From assembly GCA_001029795.1 (NCBI GenBank), contig CP011216.1, positions 499,580-563,579 on the forward strand: a stretch of DNA of 64,000 bases, written 5' to 3'. The translations under genes and the position numbers were made by a program. The first letter of the stretch is position 1. Each line of letters begins with the position of its first letter. Of this stretch, positions 30,295 to 40,518 are shown one piece after another. The stretch is from a candidate division Kazan bacterium GW2011_GWA1_50_15. GTDB taxonomy: Bacteria; Patescibacteriota; Kazan-3B-28. Below the pieces are notes generated by a model, which did no database searches, was not told the origin of the DNA, and saw nothing but the letters and a program-made list of their open reading frames with translations.

Positions 30295-31530
30295 TTAGTC
30301 TGCCGCCGGCCTTGTTTTGGTAGCCACTACCATCATGGCAAAGACTAGCCAAAACAGAGCGGCTAAATCGTTCTTCCAGTATGTAGTATCGATTAAGCCG
30401 TGTCCCAAGATCGCCACCATCGCTGCCACTAGTCCAGTCGTAGTTGGAGTAACCCGGCCGATCGCTCGCCGAAAGAACTTTATCACCAACCAAAGCCAGC
30501 CCACCAACCCAGCTAACCCCGCATTAATCCAAAATTGGAGATAGACGTTGTGAGCGTGAAGGATAGCCATCTCCCATGGAGAGGCGAACAACCGAGTGGC
30601 ATAACTTAGGTACTGATCACGAAACTCGCCCAGCCCGATCCCGGTCAGGGGGTGTTCTTTTATCATTAGGCCGGCGGTCTGCCACACTTGCAGCCGGACA
30701 CTGGCCGACGACCGATCAGTCAGATCGATCATCTGCTGCCACCGCTCAGACCGCCATTGGGTGGCCACCGCAATGATGGGCAGCGCCAAACCCCAAATCC
30801 ATTCCCGCCACCGACGGCGCCAACGGATGACTGCCCAAACCAGCATGGCCATAACTAATGCCAACCAACCGCCGAATGAGAAAGAGAAATAGAGGGCTAG
30901 CCCTCCGAGCCACCAAGCCAAGTAGACCAGCCGGCGCTGCCAGGCCACCCCAGTTTGGACTAAAATAATTCCCAATATCAAAATTGGCACTAAGTACATT
31001 GATAAATAGTTGGCCGAAACAAACCAACCAGAAGCCCGACCATCGACAGTGACAAATCGTTGAGCGGCTGTCTGCGATAGAGCTACCAGCGAAAGGGGAA
31101 TGGTCGATAAAATCAGCGCCAGAATATAGTGGCCCAGATCGCTAGCTCTCAACCAATGTAGGTTCAGCCAGAAAAAGACCAGTGGAACAATAAACCAGCC
31201 TTTGGCGACCCCAAAACTTAGCCTCAAATCCGGCGAGACAGCGACGCCAATAGCCAGCCCAGCCAACAGCAGCCCCCCAGCCCAGCCGAGGGAACGCCAA
31301 ACCTCAGTGAGCGAGCCGCGGGCTCGGCGCCAGTCTAACGCTAATGTCACTATCGCCAGCCCCGCTACTGCCAACTCCCAAAAGTTACTTGGTAGCGGCC
31401 CAAGATCGATCTGCCATAGATAAGCAGGGATGAACAGCCACGCTAACCACAACCCCATTTTGGGCGATTGACGGCTGACCCAGCCAAAGACCAGCACTGC
31501 GATAATAGACAACCAATTAGTCATGCTCAT
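30295..31530 (-). CDS. O-antigen ligase / Wzy_C family membrane protein
   Basis: Polytopic; R..G.F.SAN, SASVRLQVW, HPLTGIGLGEF, HAHNVYLQ. Confidence 0.85.
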   Translation of the reverse strand: MSMTNWLSIIAVLVFGWVSRQSPKMGLWLAWLFIPAYLWQIDLGPLPSNFWELAVAGLAIVTLALDWRRARGSLTEVWRSLGWAGGLLLAGLAIGVAVSPDLRLSFGVAKGWFIVPLVFFWLNLHWLRASDLGHYILALILSTIPLSLVALSQTAAQRFVTVDGRASGWFVSANYLSMYLVPILILGIILVQTGVAWQRRLVYLAWWLGGLALYFSFSFGGWLALVMAMLVWAVIRWRRRWREWIWGLALPIIAVATQWRSERWQQMIDLTDRSSASVRLQVWQTAGLMIKEHPLTGIGLGEFRDQYLSYATRLFASPWEMAILHAHNVYLQFWINAGLAGLVGWLWLVIKFFRRAIGRVTPTTTGLVAAMVAILGHGLIDTTYWKNDLAALFWLVFAMMVVATKTRPAAD

Positions 31531-32710
31531 TTAAGCATAACCCAATCATCAACCACCAGGTGGCTAACATGGGCGCGGCTAACCAAGCGTTCACGAACCA
31601 GCTGGCCCCCAGCAGCGCCAGAGTGACACTGGCCAGCGCCGAACCAAAAACCATTTGGTGGTGTGACCAACCTCGCCAAGCGAGCCTTAATACGGCCGCC
31701 ACCCACCATAGCCAAGCCAGTAGCCCCGCCCCTCCAGCCGCAACGGCTATAGTTAGTAAGCTACTGTCAAATCCGCTGCTGGCGCGGTCGGACAACACTT
31801 CAACCCCGGGCGACGCAGCGGCGTATCTGGCCACAGGGATAGCGTTATAGCCCACGCCCAGCCACGGATGAGCCGTAAATAGCTGCCAACCTTCAGACCA
31901 CGACTCCAGACGATATCGGACAGTGGTATCAAGCTGCCAGGCCCCGGTCAATCGGTCTCGGAGACCCGGAATAGCCACCCCCGCCAAAATGATCAGCCCT
32001 AGACCCAACCACAAGACCCGCCTATAACGATACCAGCCTATAACTGCCAAAATGATCAATAGGGCTATGAACGCGCTGCGGGACAGTGTCGCCAAGACCG
32101 AAACTATCAAAAACCCAACTACTAACCAAGTCACAACTCGGTCTCGACGAGTGGCTGCTAGAGGCACGGCTAACAGTGCCAGCCCCACCCCACTGGATAA
32201 AAATATCCCTACCAAATTGGGGTCCAGCCAAGTTGAAACTAGCCGGCCTTGGTGAGGATCCCAACCCAGGTATTCATATATCCTTAGGTCTGGGGTGAGA
32301 CCCAGCTGCAGCCATCCTCCAGCGGCAACCGCCACAAACATCGTTAGCCAGAGCCGGAGGTAGAGAGGTGAACGACCAGATGATAGGTGCGGGTACAAAG
32401 CTATCAGGAGCGTGCCATAAACGACGAACCGGATCAAAAACAATAGAGCTGGCCAGCTAGCCGAGCCGAGAGACGGAGCAGCTACCAGCCAAGACAGGGC
32501 GAATATGCTCATCAGGATTCCCCAAGCCAACATCAACCCCTTGGGTGGCCAGCGAAAGGTTTTTTGGTAGAGAGCGGCCGCCAACGCCACAACTACGGTT
32601 ACTCCCACGATCACATCTAATAGCAGCAGATTCTGGCCAGCGACGTTAAACCGCGCCAGCGGCCCGAGCCCGATCCCAACCAACAGTCCGATCAGTAGCC
32701 ATTTATCCAT
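31517..32710 (-). CDS. O-antigen ligase / Wzy_C family membrane protein (second copy)
   Basis: Polytopic; RLVSTWLDPN, TLSRSA, RLESW, PWLGVGYN; DSS where HN is usual. Confidence 0.8.
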   Translation of the reverse strand: MDKWLLIGLLVGIGLGPLARFNVAGQNLLLLDVIVGVTVVVALAAALYQKTFRWPPKGLMLAWGILMSIFALSWLVAAPSLGSASWPALLFLIRFVVYGTLLIALYPHLSSGRSPLYLRLWLTMFVAVAAGGWLQLGLTPDLRIYEYLGWDPHQGRLVSTWLDPNLVGIFLSSGVGLALLAVPLAATRRDRVVTWLVVGFLIVSVLATLSRSAFIALLIILAVIGWYRYRRVLWLGLGLIILAGVAIPGLRDRLTGAWQLDTTVRYRLESWSEGWQLFTAHPWLGVGYNAIPVARYAAASPGVEVLSDRASSGFDSSLLTIAVAAGGAGLLAWLWWVAAVLRLAWRGWSHHQMVFGSALASVTLALLGASWFVNAWLAAPMLATWWLMIGLCLNEHD

Positions 32711-33785
32711 ATCGTTTAACCGCCTCCCAAGTCAGCCTAGCCGTTTGCTGCCAGCTGAATTCGCGCGCTCGGCGTATCCCGGCCTGTTTCAATGTTTCGC
32801 GCATGCCACTAGAACTCAATAGCTGGCTCATGGCGTCAGCCAATGCCGTTATATCCTCGGCTGGGACTAACGCCGCCGCACCATCCACTACTTCCGGCAA
32901 TGACGCTCGGTCACTCACGATCGTGGGGATACCACAGGCCATCGCTTCCAGCGGCGGGATGCCAAACCCTTCATATAAAGATGGGAACACAAATACTGTA
33001 GCCAGATTATAGACTGCCGGTCGATCCCGATCGAGGATGTAGCCTGGGAAGATAACTTTATCATCAGCTCGAGCCAAGACTGGCTCGGACTGCCAGCCCA
33101 CCCCTCCCGCTAGTACCAATTTAACGTCGGGGAATTGTTGGCTAACCACCCCGAAAGCATCGATCAGCCGAGATAGGTTCTTGCGCGGTTCGATGGTCCC
33201 AAGATACAAAATAAATTTTTCAGGTAAGTGGTACTTGGCTCTAGCCGCCGGGTCAGGCAGTAAGGGTTTGAACTGTTCTCCCGCCGCCATCGGCGTAACA
33301 GTGATCTTACCCGGCGCGACCCCAAATAATTCAACGGTTTCCCGTTTGGTAAACTCCGAGATAGCCAACAAGTGTGCTGAGCGGCGGATGGCCCGGCGGG
33401 CCAACAGTTTCTCTAGTCTGACCGCTTTGGATAGATGGGTTTTGGGATAACGCCAAGCAGTGAAGTCAAATAGGGTGGTAACAACTGGTACCGCCCGGCT
33501 GATAGCTGGGATAACAAAACTTTGCGTAGAGAGGTAGACGTCGACGGGCCGATGCCGGAGCCACATCGCCACTTGCCAGTGCCAGAATGGACCAGATGAT
33601 GCAACCATCTTTTGTCGCCAGCGCCCGGGTGGTAACGTAACGGTCTGGCCGGCTTGGGTCAGTAAGGTCATTTCAGAGTCGAACCCTTCAGCCAACCAGG
33701 CTTTGGCCAACTGATAGACATATTCTCCCTTGCCCGCCCGGGTCGATTTGGTCGCTTCTCGGAAATCGATGGCCACGGTTATCAT
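32703..33785 (-). CDS. GT4 glycosyltransferase
   Basis: GTIEPRKNL, FPSLYEGFGIPPLEAMACG. Confidence 0.92.
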   Translation of the reverse strand: MITVAIDFREATKSTRAGKGEYVYQLAKAWLAEGFDSEMTLLTQAGQTVTLPPGRWRQKMVASSGPFWHWQVAMWLRHRPVDVYLSTQSFVIPAISRAVPVVTTLFDFTAWRYPKTHLSKAVRLEKLLARRAIRRSAHLLAISEFTKRETVELFGVAPGKITVTPMAAGEQFKPLLPDPAARAKYHLPEKFILYLGTIEPRKNLSRLIDAFGVVSQQFPDVKLVLAGGVGWQSEPVLARADDKVIFPGYILDRDRPAVYNLATVFVFPSLYEGFGIPPLEAMACGIPTIVSDRASLPEVVDGAAALVPAEDITALADAMSQLLSSSGMRETLKQAGIRRAREFSWQQTARLTWEAVKRYG

Positions 33786-35197
33786 CGGCCGAATAGTTCT
33801 TTAAAGACTTCTTTAGGAACAGCTCGCGTCGTCACCAACACCAACCCGTAGCTCACCACCCCCGCGCCTAAGTTAATCAGAATATTAGCCGATCCCAACC
33901 ACCAAAGCAGACCACCCATCACAACCGCGCCCAGTATGGCTTTCAAGAATACGTCCCACTGAGGAGTAAATCGCAACTCTTTGTAGACCACCACAGCCAC
34001 ATAAATAACCACCAGTAGTTCCGTGGCCACCGTGGTGGCCGCCGCCCCCATATATGAATAGCGGGGGATAAATATCCAGTTGGTGACAATATTGAATATG
34101 GTTGCCAGCAGATATGGCCAAACCAAAATGCTCTGCCGGCCTGCCGCGATCACACTGTAGTTCAATGTCGCGCCCACGAACGACAGGGCGGCGGCCCAGA
34201 TCAGCAATTTAAGCGGGGCTCCTGACACGGCGAAGTCGGCCCCAGCGATCGCTGTCATCAGCGGGGTCGCTACCATCATAGTGCCGATCGCTAGCGGCCA
34301 GGCTACCAAACTCATGGCGTCAAAGGCTTTGCGGAAAACTCGCATAGCTCGCTCTCGGCTCTCGGTAAGCGCCTGAGTGATAACTGGAAAGACCGAGCTC
34401 ATAAAGATAGTGGGGATAGTGAGCAGCACCTCGATAACCTTGTACGGCGCTCCATAGATCCCAACAGCATAGCTGTCTTTCATCATCGACAGCATAACTG
34501 TATCGACTTTGAAGTAAATCATCGCCACCACAGTTACCACCCCTAACGGCCAGGCTTCCCGCAGGAATTTAAACCAGTAAATGAAGTCCCAGCGCGGGGT
34601 CAGCGAGGCTAATGGCATGGCCCAAGCCCACTGCCCGACTAGGGCTAGAATGTTCGCGGCGGCTGTCACCCACAGAACTCCGATCAAACCAAGATCGTTT
34701 TTCACCGCCCACAAGATCAGTCCCAAATACACCGTGCGAGTTATTATGTTGGCGATGGCGACCTTTCGCATTTGCAGCCGTGCTTGGAACAGACTGATCG
34801 GCACTTGTAAGAGAGCCAGCGCGGTTTGGGATAGCACACCAATTAAGACGCCTTGCTGGACCGTGGTATCTGAGTAGATGGCTGTGGCTAGAATGTACCC
34901 CACGCCAAAGACCACCAGGCTCAAGGCGATCTTTAGCCCCATAACATTGCCAAGGACATAACTTTCTCTGCCGGGGTGCCGGGTAACCTCTCTCACTTGA
35001 AGTAAGAAAAATCCAAAATCAACAGCCACGCCCAGAAGCGCTAGGTAGGCAAAAATCAGAGTGTATTGACCGTAGCCGCTTACTCCCAAATATCGGGTAA
35101 GGTAGGCGATGGCCACCAGGGATATGGCCGTTATGATAACTCGCGAAATAACTTGGACTACCGTATTGTAGGCGACCTTCTTGGTAGCGCTAGACAT
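33782..35197 (-). CDS. Wzx-type flippase (MOP superfamily)
   Basis: About 12-14 TM; YLTRYLG..GYG.Y, DFG, IYFKVDTVMLS, VGIYG, IPRYSYMGAA. Confidence 0.9.
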   Translation of the reverse strand: MSSATKKVAYNTVVQVISRVIITAISLVAIAYLTRYLGVSGYGQYTLIFAYLALLGVAVDFGFFLLQVREVTRHPGRESYVLGNVMGLKIALSLVVFGVGYILATAIYSDTTVQQGVLIGVLSQTALALLQVPISLFQARLQMRKVAIANIITRTVYLGLILWAVKNDLGLIGVLWVTAAANILALVGQWAWAMPLASLTPRWDFIYWFKFLREAWPLGVVTVVAMIYFKVDTVMLSMMKDSYAVGIYGAPYKVIEVLLTIPTIFMSSVFPVITQALTESRERAMRVFRKAFDAMSLVAWPLAIGTMMVATPLMTAIAGADFAVSGAPLKLLIWAAALSFVGATLNYSVIAAGRQSILVWPYLLATIFNIVTNWIFIPRYSYMGAAATTVATELLVVIYVAVVVYKELRFTPQWDVFLKAILGAVVMGGLLWWLGSANILINLGAGVVSYGLVLVTTRAVPKEVFKELFGR

Positions 35198-35783
35198 GCT
35201 TAGTTTCGATTACTGCCATGTATTGGATCGTAGTTCTCGGCAGGTACCACTTCGGAAAAAGTTTTTGCGAGTAATACCCGCTAGTGACTATCCGGTATGG
35301 GCTGAGGACCCGCCCCCACTGGGCTGCGGTCATCAATCTTTCGTTGCCGAAGTCTCGGCGAGGATAGCGGTAGTTCGGCACCGAGAACACTACCCGGTCG
35401 GCTACTCGCAACTGTTCATCGAGAATTTCGTGGATCTCTTTATCAGAAAAGTGCTCCAATAATCCTTGGTGGAACACAAGATCGAACGATTTGTCAGGGT
35501 AGGGCAAATGCCGGGTATCGGCCACGGCGAATTTAACTCGGCCATTAAATCGGGCCGATTCCGTCTCGGCTTTGGCTACTACCTTAGGGTCGACATCAAT
35601 GCCGGTTACATCTAAACCCAACCACGAGAAAAACGTGCTCATCGCCCCACTCCCGACGCCCGCCTCCAAGAGCCGGTGCGCGCCCGATCCGACTATCGCA
35701 TCCAAAAACTCCTTCTGCCCGTACAGATTACTCACTAGTCCCGTAAGGGTTAGGGGGGCTTGATAATATTTGTCCCAGTTCAT
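35190..35783 (-). CDS. Class I SAM-dependent methyltransferase
   Basis: LEAGVGSG, TGID, AD..HLPY.DKSFDLV..QGLLEHF. Confidence 0.9.
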   Translation of the reverse strand: MNWDKYYQAPLTLTGLVSNLYGQKEFLDAIVGSGAHRLLEAGVGSGAMSTFFSWLGLDVTGIDVDPKVVAKAETESARFNGRVKFAVADTRHLPYPDKSFDLVFHQGLLEHFSDKEIHEILDEQLRVADRVVFSVPNYRYPRRDFGNERLMTAAQWGRVLSPYRIVTSGYYSQKLFPKWYLPRTTIQYMAVIETKHV

Positions 35784-35785
35784 GC

Positions 35786-36250
35786 TCAGGCCGGTTTCAC
35801 CACTACGCGGCGCCCGGGGCCGACCCCGGTACTTTCACTAGTTACTTTCGGATTATCAACTAGTGCCAGGTGGATCAACCGCCGTTCAAACGAAGACATG
35901 GGCGGTAGATATACCGCTGTGCCAGTGGCCTCGGTCTGGGCCGCCGCATCGCGTGCGACCTTCAACAGACGCTCACGCTGGAGTTCGTGGAATCCACCGA
36001 TGTTCAGCGATAGGTTAATGGTTTGGTCGGGGAAATCATTTCTCACCATCAACCGCAAGAGGTGCTGCAGAGCCAACAGCGGATCCGGCGAGTGGGAGAT
36101 AAATAGTTCGTCCTGGCCGGTTTTAACGTCAACTATCAGCGTGTCGTCCTCTGTCGCCATAGTGATTTGGGGCTGCAGCCCGAATGGCTGCAGCAACTCC
36201 ACTAGCCGTGCGCTGATCTTATCCTTAATTGCTGTCGGAGACGTTGCCAT
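35786..36250 (-). CDS. Jag/KhpB-like KH + R3H RNA-binding protein (no N-terminal Jag domain)
   Basis: LALQHL, LPPMSSFERRLIH, SESTGVGPGRRVVV; follows yidC. Confidence 0.85.
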   Translation of the reverse strand: MATSPTAIKDKISARLVELLQPFGLQPQITMATEDDTLIVDVKTGQDELFISHSPDPLLALQHLLRLMVRNDFPDQTINLSLNIGGFHELQRERLLKVARDAAAQTEATGTAVYLPPMSSFERRLIHLALVDNPKVTSESTGVGPGRRVVVKPA

Positions 36251-37034
36251 GATGGGTGGTTTGGATAACGGCTCGTTCCTCGCGGGCGAACGACCGATAG
36301 ATTATTATTTGTTGGACAGCCATCGCAATAGTTGTGGTAGCCCAGTACAGCCCGAGAGCCGAAGGCAGGGTCAAGGCGATCCCAAAGGTCATGACTGGGA
36401 AAAGATAGAGCATCGCTTGATTGGTCATTTTTTGTGGACCAGCTACCTGCGACTTGGCGGTATATCTGAGGGTTAACCAGCTTTGGCCCAGTTGGGCCAA
36501 CCCAGCCAGTACCGCTAAGTATATATTACGCGATGTCAAATCGACCATCAGGGGGGTCACCCCGGTGAACTGCAAGAATATAGTATGAAGCTCGACCGGG
36601 GGATGAGGGAACCAGCCATAAAGATGGATTAGGCTTTCGGTATTGAGTCCTGCCCAGAACACTCGGTAGAGCGCTAGCAGAATAGGTAGCTGGATGATCA
36701 GCGGTAAACAACTGCCGAATAAGTTGATCTTATGCTCTTTATAGATCTTCATGATCTCCTCGGACTGGCGCTTCTGATCATCTTTATATTCGATCTTGAT
36801 TTTGTCGATGTATGGCTGAACTTTTTGAATATCATGCTGGGACTTCAGACTGTTCCGGTAGGACGGCTGGAGAATAAGCCGGATCAAAATGGTTAGCGCG
36901 ATAATGGCCAACCCCAAGTCGTTACCGGGGATGTACACATACAACAACACCAAAATGTTAAGAAGCGGCACGTATAAGAGCTTGCCGATCCATCCACCCC
37001 ACATCGCATCGGTGATCTGTAACTTATTGTTCAT
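36225..37034 (-). CDS. yidC: Membrane protein insertase YidC (short form)
   Basis: LGLAIIALTILIR, CLPLIIQLPIL.ALY, LPSALGLYW. Confidence 0.94.
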   Translation of the reverse strand: MNNKLQITDAMWGGWIGKLLYVPLLNILVLLYVYIPGNDLGLAIIALTILIRLILQPSYRNSLKSQHDIQKVQPYIDKIKIEYKDDQKRQSEEIMKIYKEHKINLFGSCLPLIIQLPILLALYRVFWAGLNTESLIHLYGWFPHPPVELHTIFLQFTGVTPLMVDLTSRNIYLAVLAGLAQLGQSWLTLRYTAKSQVAGPQKMTNQAMLYLFPVMTFGIALTLPSALGLYWATTTIAMAVQQIIIYRSFAREERAVIQTTHHGNVSDSN

Positions 37035-37283
37035 TTAGTTCACCTCAGGGTTTAATACAGGATCGATGCCAGGAACCGCCCAGGGGTGGCACCGTGACAC
37101 GCGAGCCACACCCAAGAACAGTCCTTTCACTACACCATGCTGTCGGATCGATTCTTTGATATATGCGCTACAGGTGGGGTGGTACCGGCAGTAGCCATAC
37201 GGATATCGAAATTTGAACCATCCGTGGTCGGGGGATAGAGTTCTTTGATAAAGCGTGATGAGTAAAACTATTAGTCGCGTCAT
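37035..37283 (-). CDS. yidD: Membrane protein insertion efficiency factor YidD
   Basis: YQRTLSP, CRYHPTCSAY, RCHPW..PGIDP. Confidence 0.95.
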   Translation of the reverse strand: MTRLIVLLITLYQRTLSPDHGWFKFRYPYGYCRYHPTCSAYIKESIRQHGVVKGLFLGVARVSRCHPWAVPGIDPVLNPEVN

Positions 37284-37585
37284 TTGATCTGTTGTAGTAT
37301 CCTGCCCAAATCGGCTTTAAGCTGCTGGAAGGTCAGTTCTAAAATTGGCTTACGTCCGACCACTACTAGCCCGACACCGCGGAGGTGAGCTTGCGACAGA
37401 ACGCTCCGGATCCGACGTCTGATCAGATTGCGGACGGTAGCGCGCTTATCGACTTTTTGCCCCACCACGATCCGCGGGGCTAAGGGGACAGTTAAGGGCA
37501 GCCAGTACACCGAAAATCCGGGCCGATGCACACGCCGCCCCCGGCGCATCACACTATCCAATGGGTCGACAACGGGTTTGGCCAT
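37280..37585 (-). CDS. rnpA: Ribonuclease P protein component
   Basis: KVDKRATVRNLIRRRIR; lies between rpmH and yidD. Confidence 0.85.
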   Translation of the reverse strand: MAKPVVDPLDSVMRRGRRVHRPGFSVYWLPLTVPLAPRIVVGQKVDKRATVRNLIRRRIRSVLSQAHLRGVGLVVVGRKPILELTFQQLKADLGRILQQIK

Positions 37586-37593
37586 ACGACCAC

Positions 37594-37728
37594 CTAGGCG
37601 CTTAAACGTTTACGCCCCTTGAGCCGACGACGCTTTAAAACTGCCCGACCATCTTTGGTCGACATCCTTTGGCGGAATCCGTGAACCTTCTGGCGTTTGC
37701 GCTTTTTGGGCTGGTAAGTCCTTTTCAT
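37594..37728 (-). CDS. rpmH: 50S ribosomal protein L34 (missed by the ORF track, 44 aa)
   Basis: Translated by hand: [44 protein letters not shown]. Confidence 0.97.
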   Translation of the reverse strand: MKRTYQPKKRKRQKVHGFRQRMSTKDGRAVLKRRRLKGRKRLSA

Positions 37729-37858
37729 AGGAGATTTTTACCTATCCAGTATAGCGATTGCCGCTACCCGTGGCAATGGAGGAGTCAGACGAGTACACAA
37801 ATGGGGATAACTCTGGTAAATTGAAGTGTGCGTACCGGGGGAGTAATCAAGTTCGGCT

Positions 37859-39226
37859 ATGGACGACAAAGAGCGGTTATGGCGGTCGGTGCTGGGGGAG
37901 ATCGAAGTCGGCATGAGCCCGGCTAATTTCCAGACTTGGTTCAAAAATACTTCTCTAGACGACATCCAGGAAGATAAGGGAGTGGTGATCATCCGTGTCC
38001 CCAACGACTTCACCAAGGGCTGGCTGCAGCAAAAATATCAAAAAGAGATCCACCGCTGCCTCAACAAACACCTAGGGCGAGTGGTGGCGGTGCAGTATGT
38101 AGTGGGAACCAAAAAGCTGGCCGCGGTGGCCGGCAGCTCATCTGCGACCCAATTACCCCCCACGATTAAACCCCTCGCCGAGGAGACAACTGAGTTGCCG
38201 GCCGAAGGGCTGAACCCTCGGTTTACCTTTAATAGTTTTGTGGTGGGCGAGAATAGCAAGCTGTGTTACGCCGCAGCTGAATCGGTGGCCAAACAGCCCG
38301 GGGTCAACTACAACCCCCTCTTTATCTACGGGGGGGTGGGGCTAGGCAAAACCCATCTCCTGCAGGCAATTGGCAACGAGATCCTAAAAAACAACCCCAA
38401 AGCCAAGATTTGCTACATCACTTCAGAGCGGTTCACTAACGAGATGGTCGACGCCATCCGCCAGAAAGAGACTAAGGGGTTTAAGGACAAGTACCGCCGG
38501 CTGGACTGCCTGCTGATCGACGATATCCAGTTCGTCTCCGGTAAAGAACAGACTCAAGAAGAGTTCTTCCACACCTTTAATACCCTATACAATGCCGGCA
38601 AGCAGATAGTTTTGACCTCAGACCGGCCGCCTAAAGCCATCCCCGCCCTGGAGGAGCGGCTGCGGTCCAGGTTCGAGTGGGGAATGACGGCAGACATCTC
38701 GGTACCATCGTACGAGACCCGGTTAGCCATTCTGCAGTCTAAACTAGAAGCCCATAAAAAAGAGGTGCTACCGGAGATATTGGAGTACATCGCCAAATCG
38801 GTTAAAAACAATGTCCGGGAGCTAGAGGGCGCTCTCACCCGTACCCTGGCTTTCGCCGATCTGAACAACACCCAACCCAGTCTGGAAGATGCCAAAAATC
38901 TCTTGGGTGGGATTTTGAACGGACCTGGGCGAAAGGTGGTCCGGCCATCCGAGATCATCCGGGTGGTGGCTAATCACTTCAACCTCAAGCGAGATGAGCT
39001 ATGCGGCAGAAAACGGACCAAAGAAATCGTAGTCCCGCGGCAGATCCTAACCTATCTGTTACGAGAGGAATTGGCCATGCCCTATACCCAGATCGGTCAC
39101 GAGATCAGCCGGGATCACACCACTGTTATCCATGACTACAACAAGATTAAGGACGTAATCCTTCACAACGAGTCTCTCGACCAAGAAATTGTCCAAATTA
39201 AAAACAAACTTTACGCTGTGGACTAG
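37859..39226 (+). CDS. dnaA: Chromosomal replication initiator DnaA
   Basis: YNPLFIYGGVGLGKTHLL, LLIDDIQF, RLRSRFEWG, RELEGAL, RDHTTVIH. Confidence 0.99.
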   Translation: MDDKERLWRSVLGEIEVGMSPANFQTWFKNTSLDDIQEDKGVVIIRVPNDFTKGWLQQKYQKEIHRCLNKHLGRVVAVQYVVGTKKLAAVAGSSSATQLPPTIKPLAEETTELPAEGLNPRFTFNSFVVGENSKLCYAAAESVAKQPGVNYNPLFIYGGVGLGKTHLLQAIGNEILKNNPKAKICYITSERFTNEMVDAIRQKETKGFKDKYRRLDCLLIDDIQFVSGKEQTQEEFFHTFNTLYNAGKQIVLTSDRPPKAIPALEERLRSRFEWGMTADISVPSYETRLAILQSKLEAHKKEVLPEILEYIAKSVKNNVRELEGALTRTLAFADLNNTQPSLEDAKNLLGGILNGPGRKVVRPSEIIRVVANHFNLKRDELCGRKRTKEIVVPRQILTYLLREELAMPYTQIGHEISRDHTTVIHDYNKIKDVILHNESLDQEIVQIKNKLYAVD

Positions 39227-39386
39227 TGGGGATTACCCCTGGGAGGGGAGAAGTTATCCACAGCTTATCCCCAACTTAGCCCCAATCCACCCACAAAGCG
39301 GTTTTTAAAAAACCACCTCCACAAACTATAATTTAAGTAGTCCCCAAAACCAACAACTCTATAATCACTACTAATTCTCTACTCTT
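39217..39386. other. Probable replication origin oriC (dnaA-dnaN spacer)
   Basis: Perfect DnaA box TTATCCACA at 39254-39262, TTATCCCCA at 39265-39273, further degenerate boxes, then an AT-rich tract; one more box at 37802-37810. Confidence 0.8.
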
Positions 39387-40514
39387 ATGAATGAAGAAAT
39401 TTCTATAAAAGAGGGTGTGGATATCTCAGTTTCTGTGGTGCTGGATAAAATCAAAGGAGCTCTACAGGGAGTAGAACGAGTGGTGAGTAGCCGGAGTACT
39501 TTACCCATTTTGAATAATGTATTGATCAGGACATCAAAGAATGGGGTTGAGGTTATGGCAACGGATTTGGAAATTGGACTCAGGTTTTTCTTGGGTGGGA
39601 AAGTAGAGCGAGAGGGGGTGATCACGGTTCCAGGGAGGACGCTGGTTAGTTTGGTGAATAGTCTACACGGCGACACGTTATCTTTAGAGAGTAAGGGAAA
39701 TATTTTACAGGTGTCCTGCGGGGAAACTAGAGCGAGTATTAATGGAATGCCCGCCGATGATTTCCCGGTCATTCCCGAGGTAGAGGGTGGGAAGGTGGTT
39801 AAGGTTAAATCCGAACAATTTAAAAACCTTCTGTCTCAAGTTGATTTTGCGGCTTCTGGTGAAGATTCTCGGCCAGTGTTGACCGGGGTATACCTTATTT
39901 ATGACGGGGGTACGTTGACGGCGGTAGCTACTGATAGTTATCGGTTGTCGGAGGCGATGGCCAAAGATAAGCTCGGTGAAGACTTCAATGTTATTATCCC
40001 AGCTAGGACTTTGCAGGAGGTGCGCCGGCTAGTTGGAGAAGCGGCCGAGTTTGAGTTGCGGATCGGTGAAAACCAGATCATGGTAATAACTGACAGCGCT
40101 ACCTTGGTTTCTAGGATCATTGAGGGTGAGTATCCTAACTACAAACAGATCATCCCGCCAACTAGCGAGACCACGATCGAGATGGATGTGCAGGAGTTTA
40201 GCGATGCCATCAAAACTGCGGCTATTTTTTCCATGGAGGGTTCGAACACGGTGCGGCTGAATGTAGCGGCGAGTGGACTGGTTGAGGTGGTATCGGAGTC
40301 GTCTCAAGTTGGGAACTTTACTTCCAAGCTCAAAGCTGAGGTGAAAGGCCCGGGCGGCGAAATATCCTTCAACGCCAAGTATCTGCTGGATGGGATGAAT
40401 AGTTTTGACACTCCTAGATTCACGCTTGGTATGACTGGTAAAACCGCAGCTGGGGTATTCCGCCCGAGTGGGGTAGAGGATCGGCTTTACTTAGTGATGC
40501 CCTTGAGGAGCTAG
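39387..40514 (+). CDS. dnaN: DNA polymerase III beta clamp
   Basis: TLPILNNVL, ATDLEIG, RPVLTGV, ATDSYRL, GEYPNY, FNAKYLLD, LVMPLR. Confidence 0.97.
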   Translation: MNEEISIKEGVDISVSVVLDKIKGALQGVERVVSSRSTLPILNNVLIRTSKNGVEVMATDLEIGLRFFLGGKVEREGVITVPGRTLVSLVNSLHGDTLSLESKGNILQVSCGETRASINGMPADDFPVIPEVEGGKVVKVKSEQFKNLLSQVDFAASGEDSRPVLTGVYLIYDGGTLTAVATDSYRLSEAMAKDKLGEDFNVIIPARTLQEVRRLVGEAAEFELRIGENQIMVITDSATLVSRIIEGEYPNYKQIIPPTSETTIEMDVQEFSDAIKTAAIFSMEGSNTVRLNVAASGLVEVVSESSQVGNFTSKLKAEVKGPGGEISFNAKYLLDGMNSFDTPRFTLGMTGKTAAGVFRPSGVEDRLYLVMPLRS

Positions 40515-40518
40515 TCTA

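Noticed and set aside
29400-32990. Near-identical DNA stretch shared by the two GT4 genes (GGCGGGATGCCAAACCC.TCATA)
   Set aside because: It encodes the conserved YEGFGIPPLEAM motif of paralogues and is not a mobile repeat.
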